A DNA stretch of 64,000 nucleotides from Candidatus Omnitrophota bacterium (GTDB taxonomy: Bacteria; Omnitrophota; Gorgyraeia; Gygaellales; Profunditerraquicolaceae). Positions 38,946 to 50,234 of this stretch are shown piece after piece (within the stretch, counting starts at the first letter, position 1; each line of letters begins with the position of its first letter). The stretch lies in contig JAPLLR010000014.1 of the NCBI GenBank assembly GCA_026387455.1, positions 5,052 to 69,051 of the forward strand. Reading direction: 5' to 3'. The notes under the pieces were generated by a model. That model made no database searches, was not told where the DNA came from, and was given only the letters and a program-made list of their open reading frames with translations. Position numbers and translations under genes: made by a program.

Positions 38946-39765
38946 TGTTCTGCACCTGTTCGCGAATCTTCTCGATCTGACTTTTCATCTCGACCACCGT
39001 GGATGACACCCCTACATCAAAAGATTTGGCGGCCAGAGTGTTTGCCTCGCGCTGCATCTCCTGGGCGATAAAATCCAACTCCTTGCCTACCGGCCCGGAC
39101 TTGGATAGCTTACTCTTAAAATTGCAGATATGAAAAGTAAGCCGGTCTATTTCTTCGGCTACATCGCTTTCTTTCAAAAATGATGTCCTCTCATCATCGG
39201 TCACAAGCGTAGCCAGCTTGGCTTTCACTGCTACTTTATAGCGCTTCTTTATCCCCTCAAGCCTTTGCCACAACATTTGTGCCCGGCTTTTTAAAAAATT
39301 ATGCAAGGCCTGGCCTTCTTTACGCCTGTTCTTAGCCAAATCATCCAGAGAGCCCTTAAGCAAGGTTCTTAAGTGCGGCCAAATACAGGTTTTAGGAAAA
39401 TTATGCTCCTCTAAAGACAACACTCCCGGTAGATGAATCAAGGTATTAATACTAATATCGTCCTTGATGTGAAACTCTTTGCCCATATGCTTAAAAGTGG
39501 TCAGGTAGTTTTTCAACAGCTGTTTATTTACATGCACGTTGCTAGACTTGCTGCCTGAGATATTCACCGCGCAGGTCAGCCTGCCACGCTTGATCTTACC
39601 CTCAACCTCTCCTTTAAATTTATCTTCCAGAGAGAGAAATCCGTCGGGTAAATGAAACACCGCCTCCAGGAACTTATGGTTGGTGCTACGCAGTTCCACT
39701 GATATTTTTCCGAATGGGGCGATCTCTTTTTCCCTGCCGCCGAAACCTGTCATGCTGTTCAACAT
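38938..39765 (-). CDS. yicC: YicC-family protein (endoribonuclease YicC-like)
   Basis: 275 aa. The N-terminus is MTGFG, which is YicC_N-like. It overlaps the gmk start, and this is the typical yicC-gmk-rpoZ neighbourhood. Confidence 0.75.
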   Translation of the reverse strand: MLNSMTGFGGREKEIAPFGKISVELRSTNHKFLEAVFHLPDGFLSLEDKFKGEVEGKIKRGRLTCAVNISGSKSSNVHVNKQLLKNYLTTFKHMGKEFHIKDDISINTLIHLPGVLSLEEHNFPKTCIWPHLRTLLKGSLDDLAKNRRKEGQALHNFLKSRAQMLWQRLEGIKKRYKVAVKAKLATLVTDDERTSFLKESDVAEEIDRLTFHICNFKSKLSKSGPVGKELDFIAQEMQREANTLAAKSFDVGVSSTVVEMKSQIEKIREQVQNIE

Positions 39766-39769
39766 ATTC

Positions 39770-40273
39770 TTATGCCCACACTTTCTTTTTGTGCTCTTTG
39801 GTCACCATTTCTTTGGTCGGGTACAAATCTACGATAATTTCTTCAGGGTCAAGCCACAGCTTGATCTCGCGCTCCGCCTCTAAGGCATCGCTTGAGACAT
39901 GAATCACGTTTTCATACACTCCGTGAGTGGTGATCCTTCCGTATGAGCCGCGAATGGATGTGGGATCCGCCTCTTCCGGATTAGTGGAGCCAACCAGCTC
40001 CCGACATTTCTTGATCGCGTCATTTCCCCAATAGACCAAGGCCATGACTTTTTTGCGATCATGAAGCTCTCCCTGCAAGTACTTTACCAGCTCGTCGAAA
40101 AACGGCTTATCCTGCAGATGCACATAATGCTCCTTAGCCAACGCCTCGGAAACCCGCACCATCTTCGCCGCCACGATCTCAAGCTTAGTCTCGGAAAGCC
40201 GTGTTAGAATATTTCCGGTCAGCGACTTCTTAAGCCCGTCGGGCTTGATAAGAATCAATGCTGCCTGACTCAT
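39770..40273 (-). CDS. ndk: nucleoside diphosphate kinase
   Basis: The IKPDG motif and the active-site His segment (NVIHVSSD) are present. Confidence 0.8.
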   Translation of the reverse strand: MSQAALILIKPDGLKKSLTGNILTRLSETKLEIVAAKMVRVSEALAKEHYVHLQDKPFFDELVKYLQGELHDRKKVMALVYWGNDAIKKCRELVGSTNPEEADPTSIRGSYGRITTHGVYENVIHVSSDALEAEREIKLWLDPEEIIVDLYPTKEMVTKEHKKKVWA

Positions 40274-41130
40274 TTAATTCCCCCTCTGATAATATTAGTA
40301 ATACGTTCCAAATCTTCCTGTGAATAGAATTCGATCACGATGTGCCCGCGTTTTTTGCGCTTGGCAATACGCACCTTGGTCGCCAGCGCATGCTGAAGCG
40401 CTTCCTCTAGTACCGCAACCACCGGTTCCCGCTGCACAGAAGCTCCGGCCTTACGCTTTATCCCGACGGGCCTGCGAGTCTTGATCAGGCTTTCCAGTTC
40501 CCGCACTGACAAACCCTTAGAAATGATCTCCTGCGCGAATTTTCTCTGCAGGTTAATATCTTCGATCTCGATCAGCGCCCGGCCATGCCCATAGCTGATA
40601 CGACCGTTCTTAATTTCCATCTGGATCTCATGAGGAAGTTTCAAAAGCCGCATGGTGTTGGAAATAGTCACCCGGGCTTTTCCTAAGACTTCACTCATAG
40701 CTTCCTGAGTCATGTGAAATTTTTCCATCAAGTGCTGATAAGCACGGGCTTCTTCGATGGGGTTTAATCCCTGGCGCTGAATATTCTCGATTAGCGCGAT
40801 CTCTAAGGAATCAACATCCTCCACGTTTCTTACCAGAATTGGTATCTCTTTGAGCCCCAATGATTTAGCAGCACGCAAGCGTCTCTCTCCGGCGATTAAT
40901 TCGAATTTATCGCCTGAACGCCTGACTAACAACGGTTGAATCACGCCCTTTTCACGGATGGATTGCGCCAGCTCCTGAATGCTGGCCTCGTCAAAATCTT
41001 CGCGCGGCTGAAAAGGATTCGGCCGAATCTGCTCGGCGGAAACATAAAGAACTTCTTCCTTATGCTCAACCTCCTGCTTCTGAGGTATCAACGCGCCAAT
41101 ACCTTTTCCTAAAGCTCTACGCTGTTCCAT
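40270..41130 (-). CDS. parB: chromosome partitioning protein ParB
   Basis: The ParB box (GERRLRAA) and an HTH domain are present. 286 aa. Confidence 0.9.
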   Translation of the reverse strand: MEQRRALGKGIGALIPQKQEVEHKEEVLYVSAEQIRPNPFQPREDFDEASIQELAQSIREKGVIQPLLVRRSGDKFELIAGERRLRAAKSLGLKEIPILVRNVEDVDSLEIALIENIQRQGLNPIEEARAYQHLMEKFHMTQEAMSEVLGKARVTISNTMRLLKLPHEIQMEIKNGRISYGHGRALIEIEDINLQRKFAQEIISKGLSVRELESLIKTRRPVGIKRKAGASVQREPVVAVLEEALQHALATKVRIAKRKKRGHIVIEFYSQEDLERITNIIRGGIK

Positions 41131-41299
41131 AACTTAATCTCCTTAATGAGGCCACACTTTATGGAACCCTTAGATGGGTGACATAAGGCCCTTCCTATAC
41201 CTTTTAGGGAAGGGGCTAACCCCGAAGCCTTGGTCAAAATTACGAAGTCCCCGAAGGGGGACGAAGAGAATTTTGACCAGCTTAGGCGAGGGGTCAATT

Positions 41300-42088
41300 T
41301 CACTCCGGCAATATATTGCTTGGCGTAACTGGCATACCCAAAATTTCTTTACAAAGCTCCTCATATTTTTGCGCACCCAGCGAATCTTTGTCATATAATA
41401 CAATTGGTTTCCCAAAGCTGGGCGATTCCGTCAAGCGAATATTGCGCGGGATCACACTCTGATAAACCTTGTCTTTAAAATGGCCGCGCACTTCCTGGAT
41501 CACTTCTTTAGTGAGATTAGTTCTAAAGTCCGCCATAGTCAAAAGCACGCCCTCCACCTCTAGGCCTGTATTAATATTGTCCTTCACAAGTCTAATGGTA
41601 TTATGGAGTTGTGTTAATCCTTCCAGAGCATAATATTCGCACTGCACCGGTATTATTACTGAGTCCGCGGCACCCAAACCATTAATAGTCAGCAATCCGA
41701 ATGACGGCGGAGAATCAATGATGATGAAATCAAAATTCTCTCGATCTTTTTGCAGTGCGCGTTTTAATCTATACTCGCGGCCCAAGGCCCCAACTAATTC
41801 CACTTCCGCTCCAGTCAAATCGAGATTCGCCGGGGCTAATAAAAGATTGGGTATAGCTGTGGATTGGAGTATACTTTGGATCTCCTGTTCTTCCAGGAGA
41901 ACATGGTAAGTGCTTTTTTGGACATTGTGTTTATTGATCCCCATTCCGCTGGTGGCATTAGCCTGAGGATCCAAATCAATAAGCATGACTTTCTTACCAA
42001 GGACAGCCAGATAGCTAGCGATATTTATCGCCGAGGTGGTTTTACCTGTACCGCCCTTCTGGTTACAAATCGATATTATTTTACCCAT
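41300..42088 (-). CDS. parA: chromosome partitioning ATPase ParA/Soj
   Basis: A deviant Walker A (KGGTGKTT) is present. 262 aa. Confidence 0.9.
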   Translation of the reverse strand: MGKIISICNQKGGTGKTTSAINIASYLAVLGKKVMLIDLDPQANATSGMGINKHNVQKSTYHVLLEEQEIQSILQSTAIPNLLLAPANLDLTGAEVELVGALGREYRLKRALQKDRENFDFIIIDSPPSFGLLTINGLGAADSVIIPVQCEYYALEGLTQLHNTIRLVKDNINTGLEVEGVLLTMADFRTNLTKEVIQEVRGHFKDKVYQSVIPRNIRLTESPSFGKPIVLYDKDSLGAQKYEELCKEILGMPVTPSNILPE

Positions 42089-42110
42089 TGCAATTTATCA
42101 GGTTACGCAA

Positions 42111-42126
42111 TGTTCCACGTGAAAAT
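42111..42126. promoter_or_regulatory. degenerate parS-like site, 23 nt upstream of parA
   Basis: TGTTCCACGTGAAAAT matches the TGTTTCACGTGAAACA consensus at 13 of 16 positions. Confidence 0.35.
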
Positions 42127-42179
42127 CCGCCTCATTTGCCTAGATTTATTATCCTAAAAAATCTGTTCTTGTCAAGAAT

Positions 42180-42365
42180 TTATTTCAGGGTAACCCGCAC
42201 TTTTGCCGGCTTTGCGCCAGGCATGCCAAACAATCCCTTTTTCTCTTCGGAGAGCACTTCTATCTTCACCTTGTTACGTGGAAGCTGTAAATCGCTTAGG
42301 GCTGCCTTTACCGCCTCTTCAACAGTCTTACCTTCAATTTCAATACTCATTTTTCTCTTTCTCAT
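42180..42365 (-). CDS. Jag/KhpB N-terminal-domain-only protein
   Basis: The 61-aa sequence IEIEGKTVEEAVKAALSDL...VKIEVL matches Jag_N. There is no KH or R3H region. It sits where jag normally sits after yidC. Confidence 0.6.
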   Translation of the reverse strand: MRKRKMSIEIEGKTVEEAVKAALSDLQLPRNKVKIEVLSEEKKGLFGMPGAKPAKVRVTLK

Positions 42366-42367
42366 CC

Positions 42368-43915
42368 CTACCTTGCGCGCATGATTTTAAATTGATAGGC
42401 CATCATCAGCGTACTGTTCACTACCCAGTACAACACCAGGCCAGCCGGCAAATGATAGAAAAATACCAAAAACATTATCGGCATAGCTATCATCATAATC
42501 TTCTGCTGCTGAGCAGTGCTGGAATCGCTACACTGTTTCACAGTGGACATTTTTTGCTGTAGAAACATTCCTATGGTCATCAATATCGGCAGTATATTAA
42601 TTTCATTTCCCAAAACAGGAATTGACTGCGGCAATTTAAACAGGCAATCCGGCATAGATAGATCCTTGATCCAAAGGAACTCAGCACCCCGTAAAGCTAC
42701 CGAACGCATCAGCACCTGATATAATGCAAACAATATGGGCATCTGCAAAAGCATGGGTAAGCAACCGCCCAAAGGATTAACTTTATGCTCCTTATAAAGC
42801 GCCAAGGTTTCCTGGTTCAGCTTTTGAGGATTATCTTTATACTTCTTGCGCAACTCCTCTATCTTTGGTTGCAGAATTTGCATCTCTTTCATAGAGCGCA
42901 TTTGTTTAAGAGTAAGCGGAAAGAGCACCAGAAAAACCAGTACGCTAAGAAGTATAATCGCCCAACCCCAGTTACCCACCAAACGCTGGACAAACTCTAA
43001 ACTCTTAAGGATTGCTTGGCCAAAGAAATCAAATATTCCGTAATTTATTACTGCACCCCAATCCCGATTTACACCGTTAATAACCTGCAACTGTTGTGGG
43101 CCCAAATAGATATGAAATTTAAGCTTAAGTGGAAGCCCGGGCGCTGCGATTAGATCTTTTAAAGTCAAACCAACCTCAGACTCTTGTGCGCTAAGCTTAC
43201 GCACATAGGCTCCGGTGTTACCGTCAACCCTCTCTATAATAGCGCAGAAATACCGGTCGCGCACTGCCAAAAACTTTACCTTATCCCAAGACATTTCCTT
43301 TTTGCCGTTTTCTTGCAGCACTTTCTCATTCGTCGCAGCTGTAACATTCAAATAAGTAGTATCAATAGATTTTGGAGTAAAATCTAAAACCCCCAAAATC
43401 AAAGGCAGGTCCAGCTTAATAGGGGCTCCAGAATTATTCTGAACTTCAATCTCTAAATCTATAGTATAATTAGAGTTAGAAAAGATATACTTCTTAGTGA
43501 TCAGTAGTTCTCTGTCCTTGTGAATAAAAGTCGCGGTGTTAGCAGTAAAAAGCTCTTTTCTAAAAGCCCCCTTGCCAACCAAAGCAAATGCCGACTTTAA
43601 ATTATATTTATAATCTTGAAAAACTTTGAAATTAACATCTTTTATGGCCGATAATTCTTCAATAAAATCTACATCAAATTTTTCCTGGGGAAAATTAATC
43701 AGGGTGGAGGGAGCAGATTGGACAGGTGCCGAGGTTCCCGCAGGCACTTGCGCAGGTGCTTCTGCAACTATGGTTCTTACGGCCTCGCTGCCTCCAGCAG
43801 CAATATTTGCTACAACCTGTTGGCTCACAGGCTTTTGCGTCTTAGATACCAATGTGCCCCAACCAACTAAAACCGCTAAAGATAAAACTACTGCTAAAAA
43901 TAAACGTTTTTCCAT
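42368..43915 (-). CDS. yidC: membrane protein insertase YidC
   Basis: 515 aa with an N-terminal TM helix, a periplasmic domain and the conserved C-terminal five-TM core. Confidence 0.9.
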   Translation of the reverse strand: MEKRLFLAVVLSLAVLVGWGTLVSKTQKPVSQQVVANIAAGGSEAVRTIVAEAPAQVPAGTSAPVQSAPSTLINFPQEKFDVDFIEELSAIKDVNFKVFQDYKYNLKSAFALVGKGAFRKELFTANTATFIHKDRELLITKKYIFSNSNYTIDLEIEVQNNSGAPIKLDLPLILGVLDFTPKSIDTTYLNVTAATNEKVLQENGKKEMSWDKVKFLAVRDRYFCAIIERVDGNTGAYVRKLSAQESEVGLTLKDLIAAPGLPLKLKFHIYLGPQQLQVINGVNRDWGAVINYGIFDFFGQAILKSLEFVQRLVGNWGWAIILLSVLVFLVLFPLTLKQMRSMKEMQILQPKIEELRKKYKDNPQKLNQETLALYKEHKVNPLGGCLPMLLQMPILFALYQVLMRSVALRGAEFLWIKDLSMPDCLFKLPQSIPVLGNEINILPILMTIGMFLQQKMSTVKQCSDSSTAQQQKIMMIAMPIMFLVFFYHLPAGLVLYWVVNSTLMMAYQFKIMRAR

Positions 43916-43918
43916 AGG

Positions 43919-44134
43919 TTAATTTACCGGGTCAAACCCGGTTCTTCCCGAATAGGGATGGCAATGCATCAGCCTGACAAAAGCCTTAAAACCACCCCTG
44001 TAAAAGCCGTATTTTGAGATAGCTTGCAAAGCGAACTCAGAACAGGAGGGATTAAACCGGCAGGCGACCGGCATCATATGCCTGATCGACCCCTGATACA
44101 CGCGGATCAATAAAATGGAGAGTTTCGCCAGCAT
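43919..44134 (-). CDS. yidD: membrane protein insertion efficiency factor YidD
   Basis: 71 aa (YQ..IS....CRF.P.CS.Y). Confidence 0.85.
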   Translation of the reverse strand: MLAKLSILLIRVYQGSIRHMMPVACRFNPSCSEFALQAISKYGFYRGGFKAFVRLMHCHPYSGRTGFDPVN

Positions 44135-44271
44135 CAGCGAGAGATTCTTTTACGGCCTTTTTGACGGCGGCGCCTCAAAACTTCCCTACCGAGACGACTT
44201 TTCATACGCTTGCGAAACCCATGCTTACGCTTACCGACAATATTTGTCGGCGTCTTTAAATTTTTCTTCAT
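44134..44271 (-). CDS. rpmH: 50S ribosomal protein L34
   Basis: Hand translation gives MKKNLKTPTNIVGKRKHGFRKRMKSRLGREVLRRRRQKGRKRISR. Its stop TGA overlaps the yidD ATG as TGATG. It is absent from the ORF track because it is under 60 aa. Confidence 0.85.
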   Translation of the reverse strand: MKKNLKTPTNIVGKRKHGFRKRMKSRLGREVLRRRRQKGRKRISR

Positions 44272-44384
44272 GCTTTTGCTTTCTGCCTGCCGAAAACAGG
44301 CGTAATAGTGTAAAAACCCGCCGGAAAGACTTTCCCGACGGGAAAATGGGCGTCTTGCCCTTTACAAATTCCAAAAGTTTATTG

Positions 44385-44412
44385 ATTATAACATAACGTC
44401 GCACGATGTCAA
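44385..44412 (-). promoter_or_regulatory. sigma70-type promoter for rpmH
   Basis: On the minus strand, TTGACA is followed by a 16-nt spacer and then TATAAT. Confidence 0.55.
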
Positions 44413-44460
44413 CACTTACGTGCGTAAATAAATCCAAACTTCGGCGAGTAAAAATTTTTG

Positions 44461-44488
44461 TTGACCTACTACAGGTTTGATGTATAAT
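44461..44488 (+). promoter_or_regulatory. sigma70-type promoter for dnaA
   Basis: TTGACC is followed by a 16-nt spacer and then TATAAT. Confidence 0.55.
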
Positions 44489-44589
44489 GCCAAGGCTTAA
44501 GCATACAATTGTTACCGCCTTCTATAAATTTTATCTTGCTCTTAGTTATGTTTTGTGTTAACGTAGTAACAATAATTTAACCCTTTTGA

Positions 44590-44631
44590 TTTTCCACAGA
44601 GTTATTCAAGATGTGGATAAGTTGTGGATAG
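44590..44631. promoter_or_regulatory. cluster of DnaA boxes at the dnaA start, in the oriC/dnaA control region
   Basis: The boxes are TTTTCCACA, TGTGGATAA and TGTGGATAG. The coding strand switches here. Confidence 0.6.
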
Positions 44632-44638
44632 CCCGAAC

Positions 44639-45979
44639 ATGCCTGAAACCATCAAGACCTGGCAACTAGCGCAGGCCTGCCTTAAAGATAAATTAGGAAC
44701 AACGGTTTTTGATACCTGGATTGCGCCCCTCAAGGCGAAATCCGTGGCCCAGAACTCTCTTACCTTGGAAGCGCCCGATACTTTTTTTAAAGACTGGGTG
44801 GAAAAACACTACCGCCCGGCAATAGAAGAAAGCCTTGGTAGTTGCGGGGCAAAGAAAAAAATCACCCTGACCCTGGAAATCGGCTCTCCGGAAAAAATCA
44901 CTCCCGAAAAAATCTCTATTTCCGCTAGCCCGGCTAAAACTCATGAGAGCTTTGGGTATTTAAAATTAAACCCACGCTATACTTTTGAAAATTTCGTAGT
45001 CGGGCCATCGAACCGCCACGCCCACGCTTATTGCCTGGCCACCGCGGAGTCTCCGGCCAAAGCTTATAACCCTTTATTTATTTACGGCTCAACCGGCCTT
45101 GGCAAAACTCACCTGATCCAATCAGTCTGCCATCATATCAAAAATAAAGTGGGCGGGAATTTAAAAATCTGCTATCAGCCTTCAGAAAAATTCACTAACG
45201 AGCTTATTGACGCTATCCAACACCATTCAACCGCGGCCTTCCGCCAGAAATACCGCAACCTCGATGTGCTGGTTTTAGACGATATACATTTTATCGCCGG
45301 TAAGAATTCCTCACAGGAGGAGTTTTTCCACACCTTCAACACCCTTTACGACGCGCACAAGCAGATAATTCTTTCCTCCGACCGGCCACCCAAAGAAATC
45401 GCCGATCTACAAGAACGCCTGGTTTCCCGCTTCGGGTGGGGATTAGCTGTGGATGTCCAGCCGCCGGACCTTGAAACGAGGGTAGCGATCCTGAAAAAAA
45501 AGATTGAGCGGGAGCCGGTCAGTGTACCAGACGATGTGATATTTTTTATCGCCGGGTTAATCTTGACTAATATCCGAGACCTAGAAGGCGCACTGGTCAG
45601 AGTTATGGCCTACTCTTTAATGGAAGAAAAACCCATCACTTTAGATTTAGCTAAAGAAGCACTAAAAGATTTATTGAAAGAAACTAAAAAATTTATCACT
45701 GTGGATTTCATCCAACGCTGTGTTGCGGAAGAATTCGGGATATCTTTACACGACCTAAAAGCCCGGCGCAGGAATAAAAATATTGTGCTTCCCCGCCAAA
45801 TCGCCATGTATTTGAGCCGGGAAATGACGGATCTTTCCCTACCCGAGATAGGGAATTATTTCGGCGGTAAGGATCATACCACGGTTTTATACTCTTATAC
45901 TAAGATAAAAGGTGAGTTGATTAAAAACGGAACGCTTAAAGAACGTATGGAAGGAATACGACAGATTATTAAACAGTAA
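44639..45979 (+). CDS. dnaA: chromosomal replication initiator DnaA
   Basis: The AAA+ Walker A (GSTGLGKTHL) and the domain IV HTH are present. The ORF track gives 44624 with a GTG, but the ATG at 44639 (MPETIKTW) is preferred. Confidence 0.9.
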   Translation: MPETIKTWQLAQACLKDKLGTTVFDTWIAPLKAKSVAQNSLTLEAPDTFFKDWVEKHYRPAIEESLGSCGAKKKITLTLEIGSPEKITPEKISISASPAKTHESFGYLKLNPRYTFENFVVGPSNRHAHAYCLATAESPAKAYNPLFIYGSTGLGKTHLIQSVCHHIKNKVGGNLKICYQPSEKFTNELIDAIQHHSTAAFRQKYRNLDVLVLDDIHFIAGKNSSQEEFFHTFNTLYDAHKQIILSSDRPPKEIADLQERLVSRFGWGLAVDVQPPDLETRVAILKKKIEREPVSVPDDVIFFIAGLILTNIRDLEGALVRVMAYSLMEEKPITLDLAKEALKDLLKETKKFITVDFIQRCVAEEFGISLHDLKARRRNKNIVLPRQIAMYLSREMTDLSLPEIGNYFGGKDHTTVLYSYTKIKGELIKNGTLKERMEGIRQIIKQ

Positions 45980-46118
45980 TCCAAAGGTTACTTAAAGGTT
46001 ATTTTTTAGTTAAGTATAGTGAATTTATTCAAGTTATAAAGTTTTTAACAGAACTGTAACCTAATTACTACTATTACGATTTAAGTATCTTTATACTAAA
46101 TAGAAGGAGAAAGAAAAG

Positions 46119-47210
46119 ATGAAATTTAATGTAAAAAAAGATGTTTTATTAAATGGGATTCAGACTGTACAAAACGTAATCACCACAAAATCCGCGTTAC
46201 CCATACTTTCCCATATACTTATAGAAACCTATCAAGATAAGCTAAAATTGACCGCTACGGATTTAGATATAGGGATAAGTTGTGTAATACCTGTGAATGT
46301 CCAAGAACCTGGAGCGATTACAATTCCGGCAAAAAGATTTAATGATATTATTAGAGAGTTACCGGGGGATCAAGTAAATATAACTACTAAAAAGAATAAT
46401 CTAGTGACCATAGAGACAGAGAGTTGCCAGTTTAAGATTATGGGTTTGGCGCGGGAGGAGTTTCCTAAATTACCAGAGTTTAAAGATAAAGAAGTGGTGG
46501 TGATGGGGCAGGATGTTTTAAAAGAAATGTTGGTTTTAACTTCTTTTGCCGCATCATTTGATGAAACACGGTATATTTTAAACGGTATATTATTTAGAAT
46601 TAATAAAAATGTTTTGACTCTAGTGGCTACTGACGGAAAGCGTTTGGCAGTTATAGATAGAAAAATCAGCCAGGGTATTGATAAGGACATAAGCTTAATT
46701 GTTCCTATAAAAACTATTCATGAGTTAGGTAGGAATCTGACCGAGGATGGGGACATATCTATTGTCTTAGGGGCGAATCAAGTGTTATTTGAAATGGGCG
46801 AGATTGTGGTGATTTCCCGCTTGATTGAAGGAGAATTTCCAGATTATAAACAGGTTGTTCCCGCGGCTTCAGAAAATAAGGTAAAGGTTGACCGCACGCA
46901 GTTTTTATTGGCGGTAAAACGTGCGGCATTATTATCTACCCCGGATTATCAGGCAGTAAAATTCGAGGTCTTTAAGAACAAGTTGGTGGTTTCCAAATCC
47001 ACTCCGGACATTGGAGAATCACATGAAGAGGTGGCTATAGAATATTCTGGTAAAGAAATGGTGATTGGCTTTAACCCTGGTTACCTGGTCGATGTTTTGA
47101 AAAACTTGGCGCTTGATACGGTAGAGCTTGAACTTACTGATGGGGAGAAGCCTGGGGTGATACGCAGCAATGGGTATGTGTATGTTGTGTTGCCTATGCG
47201 ACTTGGATAA
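46119..47210 (+). CDS. dnaN: DNA polymerase III beta sliding clamp
   Basis: 363 aa in three domains, in the canonical position after dnaA. Confidence 0.9.
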   Translation: MKFNVKKDVLLNGIQTVQNVITTKSALPILSHILIETYQDKLKLTATDLDIGISCVIPVNVQEPGAITIPAKRFNDIIRELPGDQVNITTKKNNLVTIETESCQFKIMGLAREEFPKLPEFKDKEVVVMGQDVLKEMLVLTSFAASFDETRYILNGILFRINKNVLTLVATDGKRLAVIDRKISQGIDKDISLIVPIKTIHELGRNLTEDGDISIVLGANQVLFEMGEIVVISRLIEGEFPDYKQVVPAASENKVKVDRTQFLLAVKRAALLSTPDYQAVKFEVFKNKLVVSKSTPDIGESHEEVAIEYSGKEMVIGFNPGYLVDVLKNLALDTVELELTDGEKPGVIRSNGYVYVVLPMRLG

Positions 47211-47326
47211 GTGAGTGTACAATTTATGGAACAAAGTGAACATAAATTGTTTGCACGAACTTACCCCGAAGGCTACGAGAAAATTTTGAAGAAATTTTCG
47301 AAGTGTTTAGCCTACGGGGTTGAATA

Positions 47327-47614
47327 ATGGAACGGATCAAGGATACTCTTCAGAGCGTTTTTAAGGAATTGGTTGCCAAAAAAGACTCTCCGGGAGGCAA
47401 TACTCCTGAGGATTGGTTAAAAAAAGCCTTGACAAAGAGAGAGCTTGAGCATATAAAGTTTAATTATTTCCGTAAAGGTATCCTCGGGGTCAAGGTGGAT
47501 TCCTCAAGCTGGGTTTACAAGTTCACTTTGGATAAGGCCAAGATACTTGCTAAGCTGCAAAAGTGCTCAGCCGAAGTTAAGGATATTCATTTTCGTATCG
47601 GAGAAGTGACATAA
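47327..47614 (+). CDS. DUF721-type small protein, probably DciA-like, lying between dnaN and gyrB
   Basis: A 95-aa basic protein in the slot usually occupied by recF or DUF721. The family is assigned from context and length. Confidence 0.5.
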   Translation: MERIKDTLQSVFKELVAKKDSPGGNTPEDWLKKALTKRELEHIKFNYFRKGILGVKVDSSSWVYKFTLDKAKILAKLQKCSAEVKDIHFRIGEVT

Positions 47615-50233
<2,619 letters not shown>

Positions 50234-50234
50234 T

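Noticed and set aside
44115-44396. A plus-strand 93-aa ORF at the position where rnpA would be expected
   Set aside because: It is on the wrong strand and has no RnpA motifs. It overlaps the hand-identified minus-strand rpmH (L34) gene at 44134..44271.
44624-44638. A GTG start for dnaA at 44624, as in the ORF track
   Set aside because: The ATG at 44639 gives the typical DnaA N-terminus (MPETIKTW...). The GTG extension overlaps the third DnaA box.
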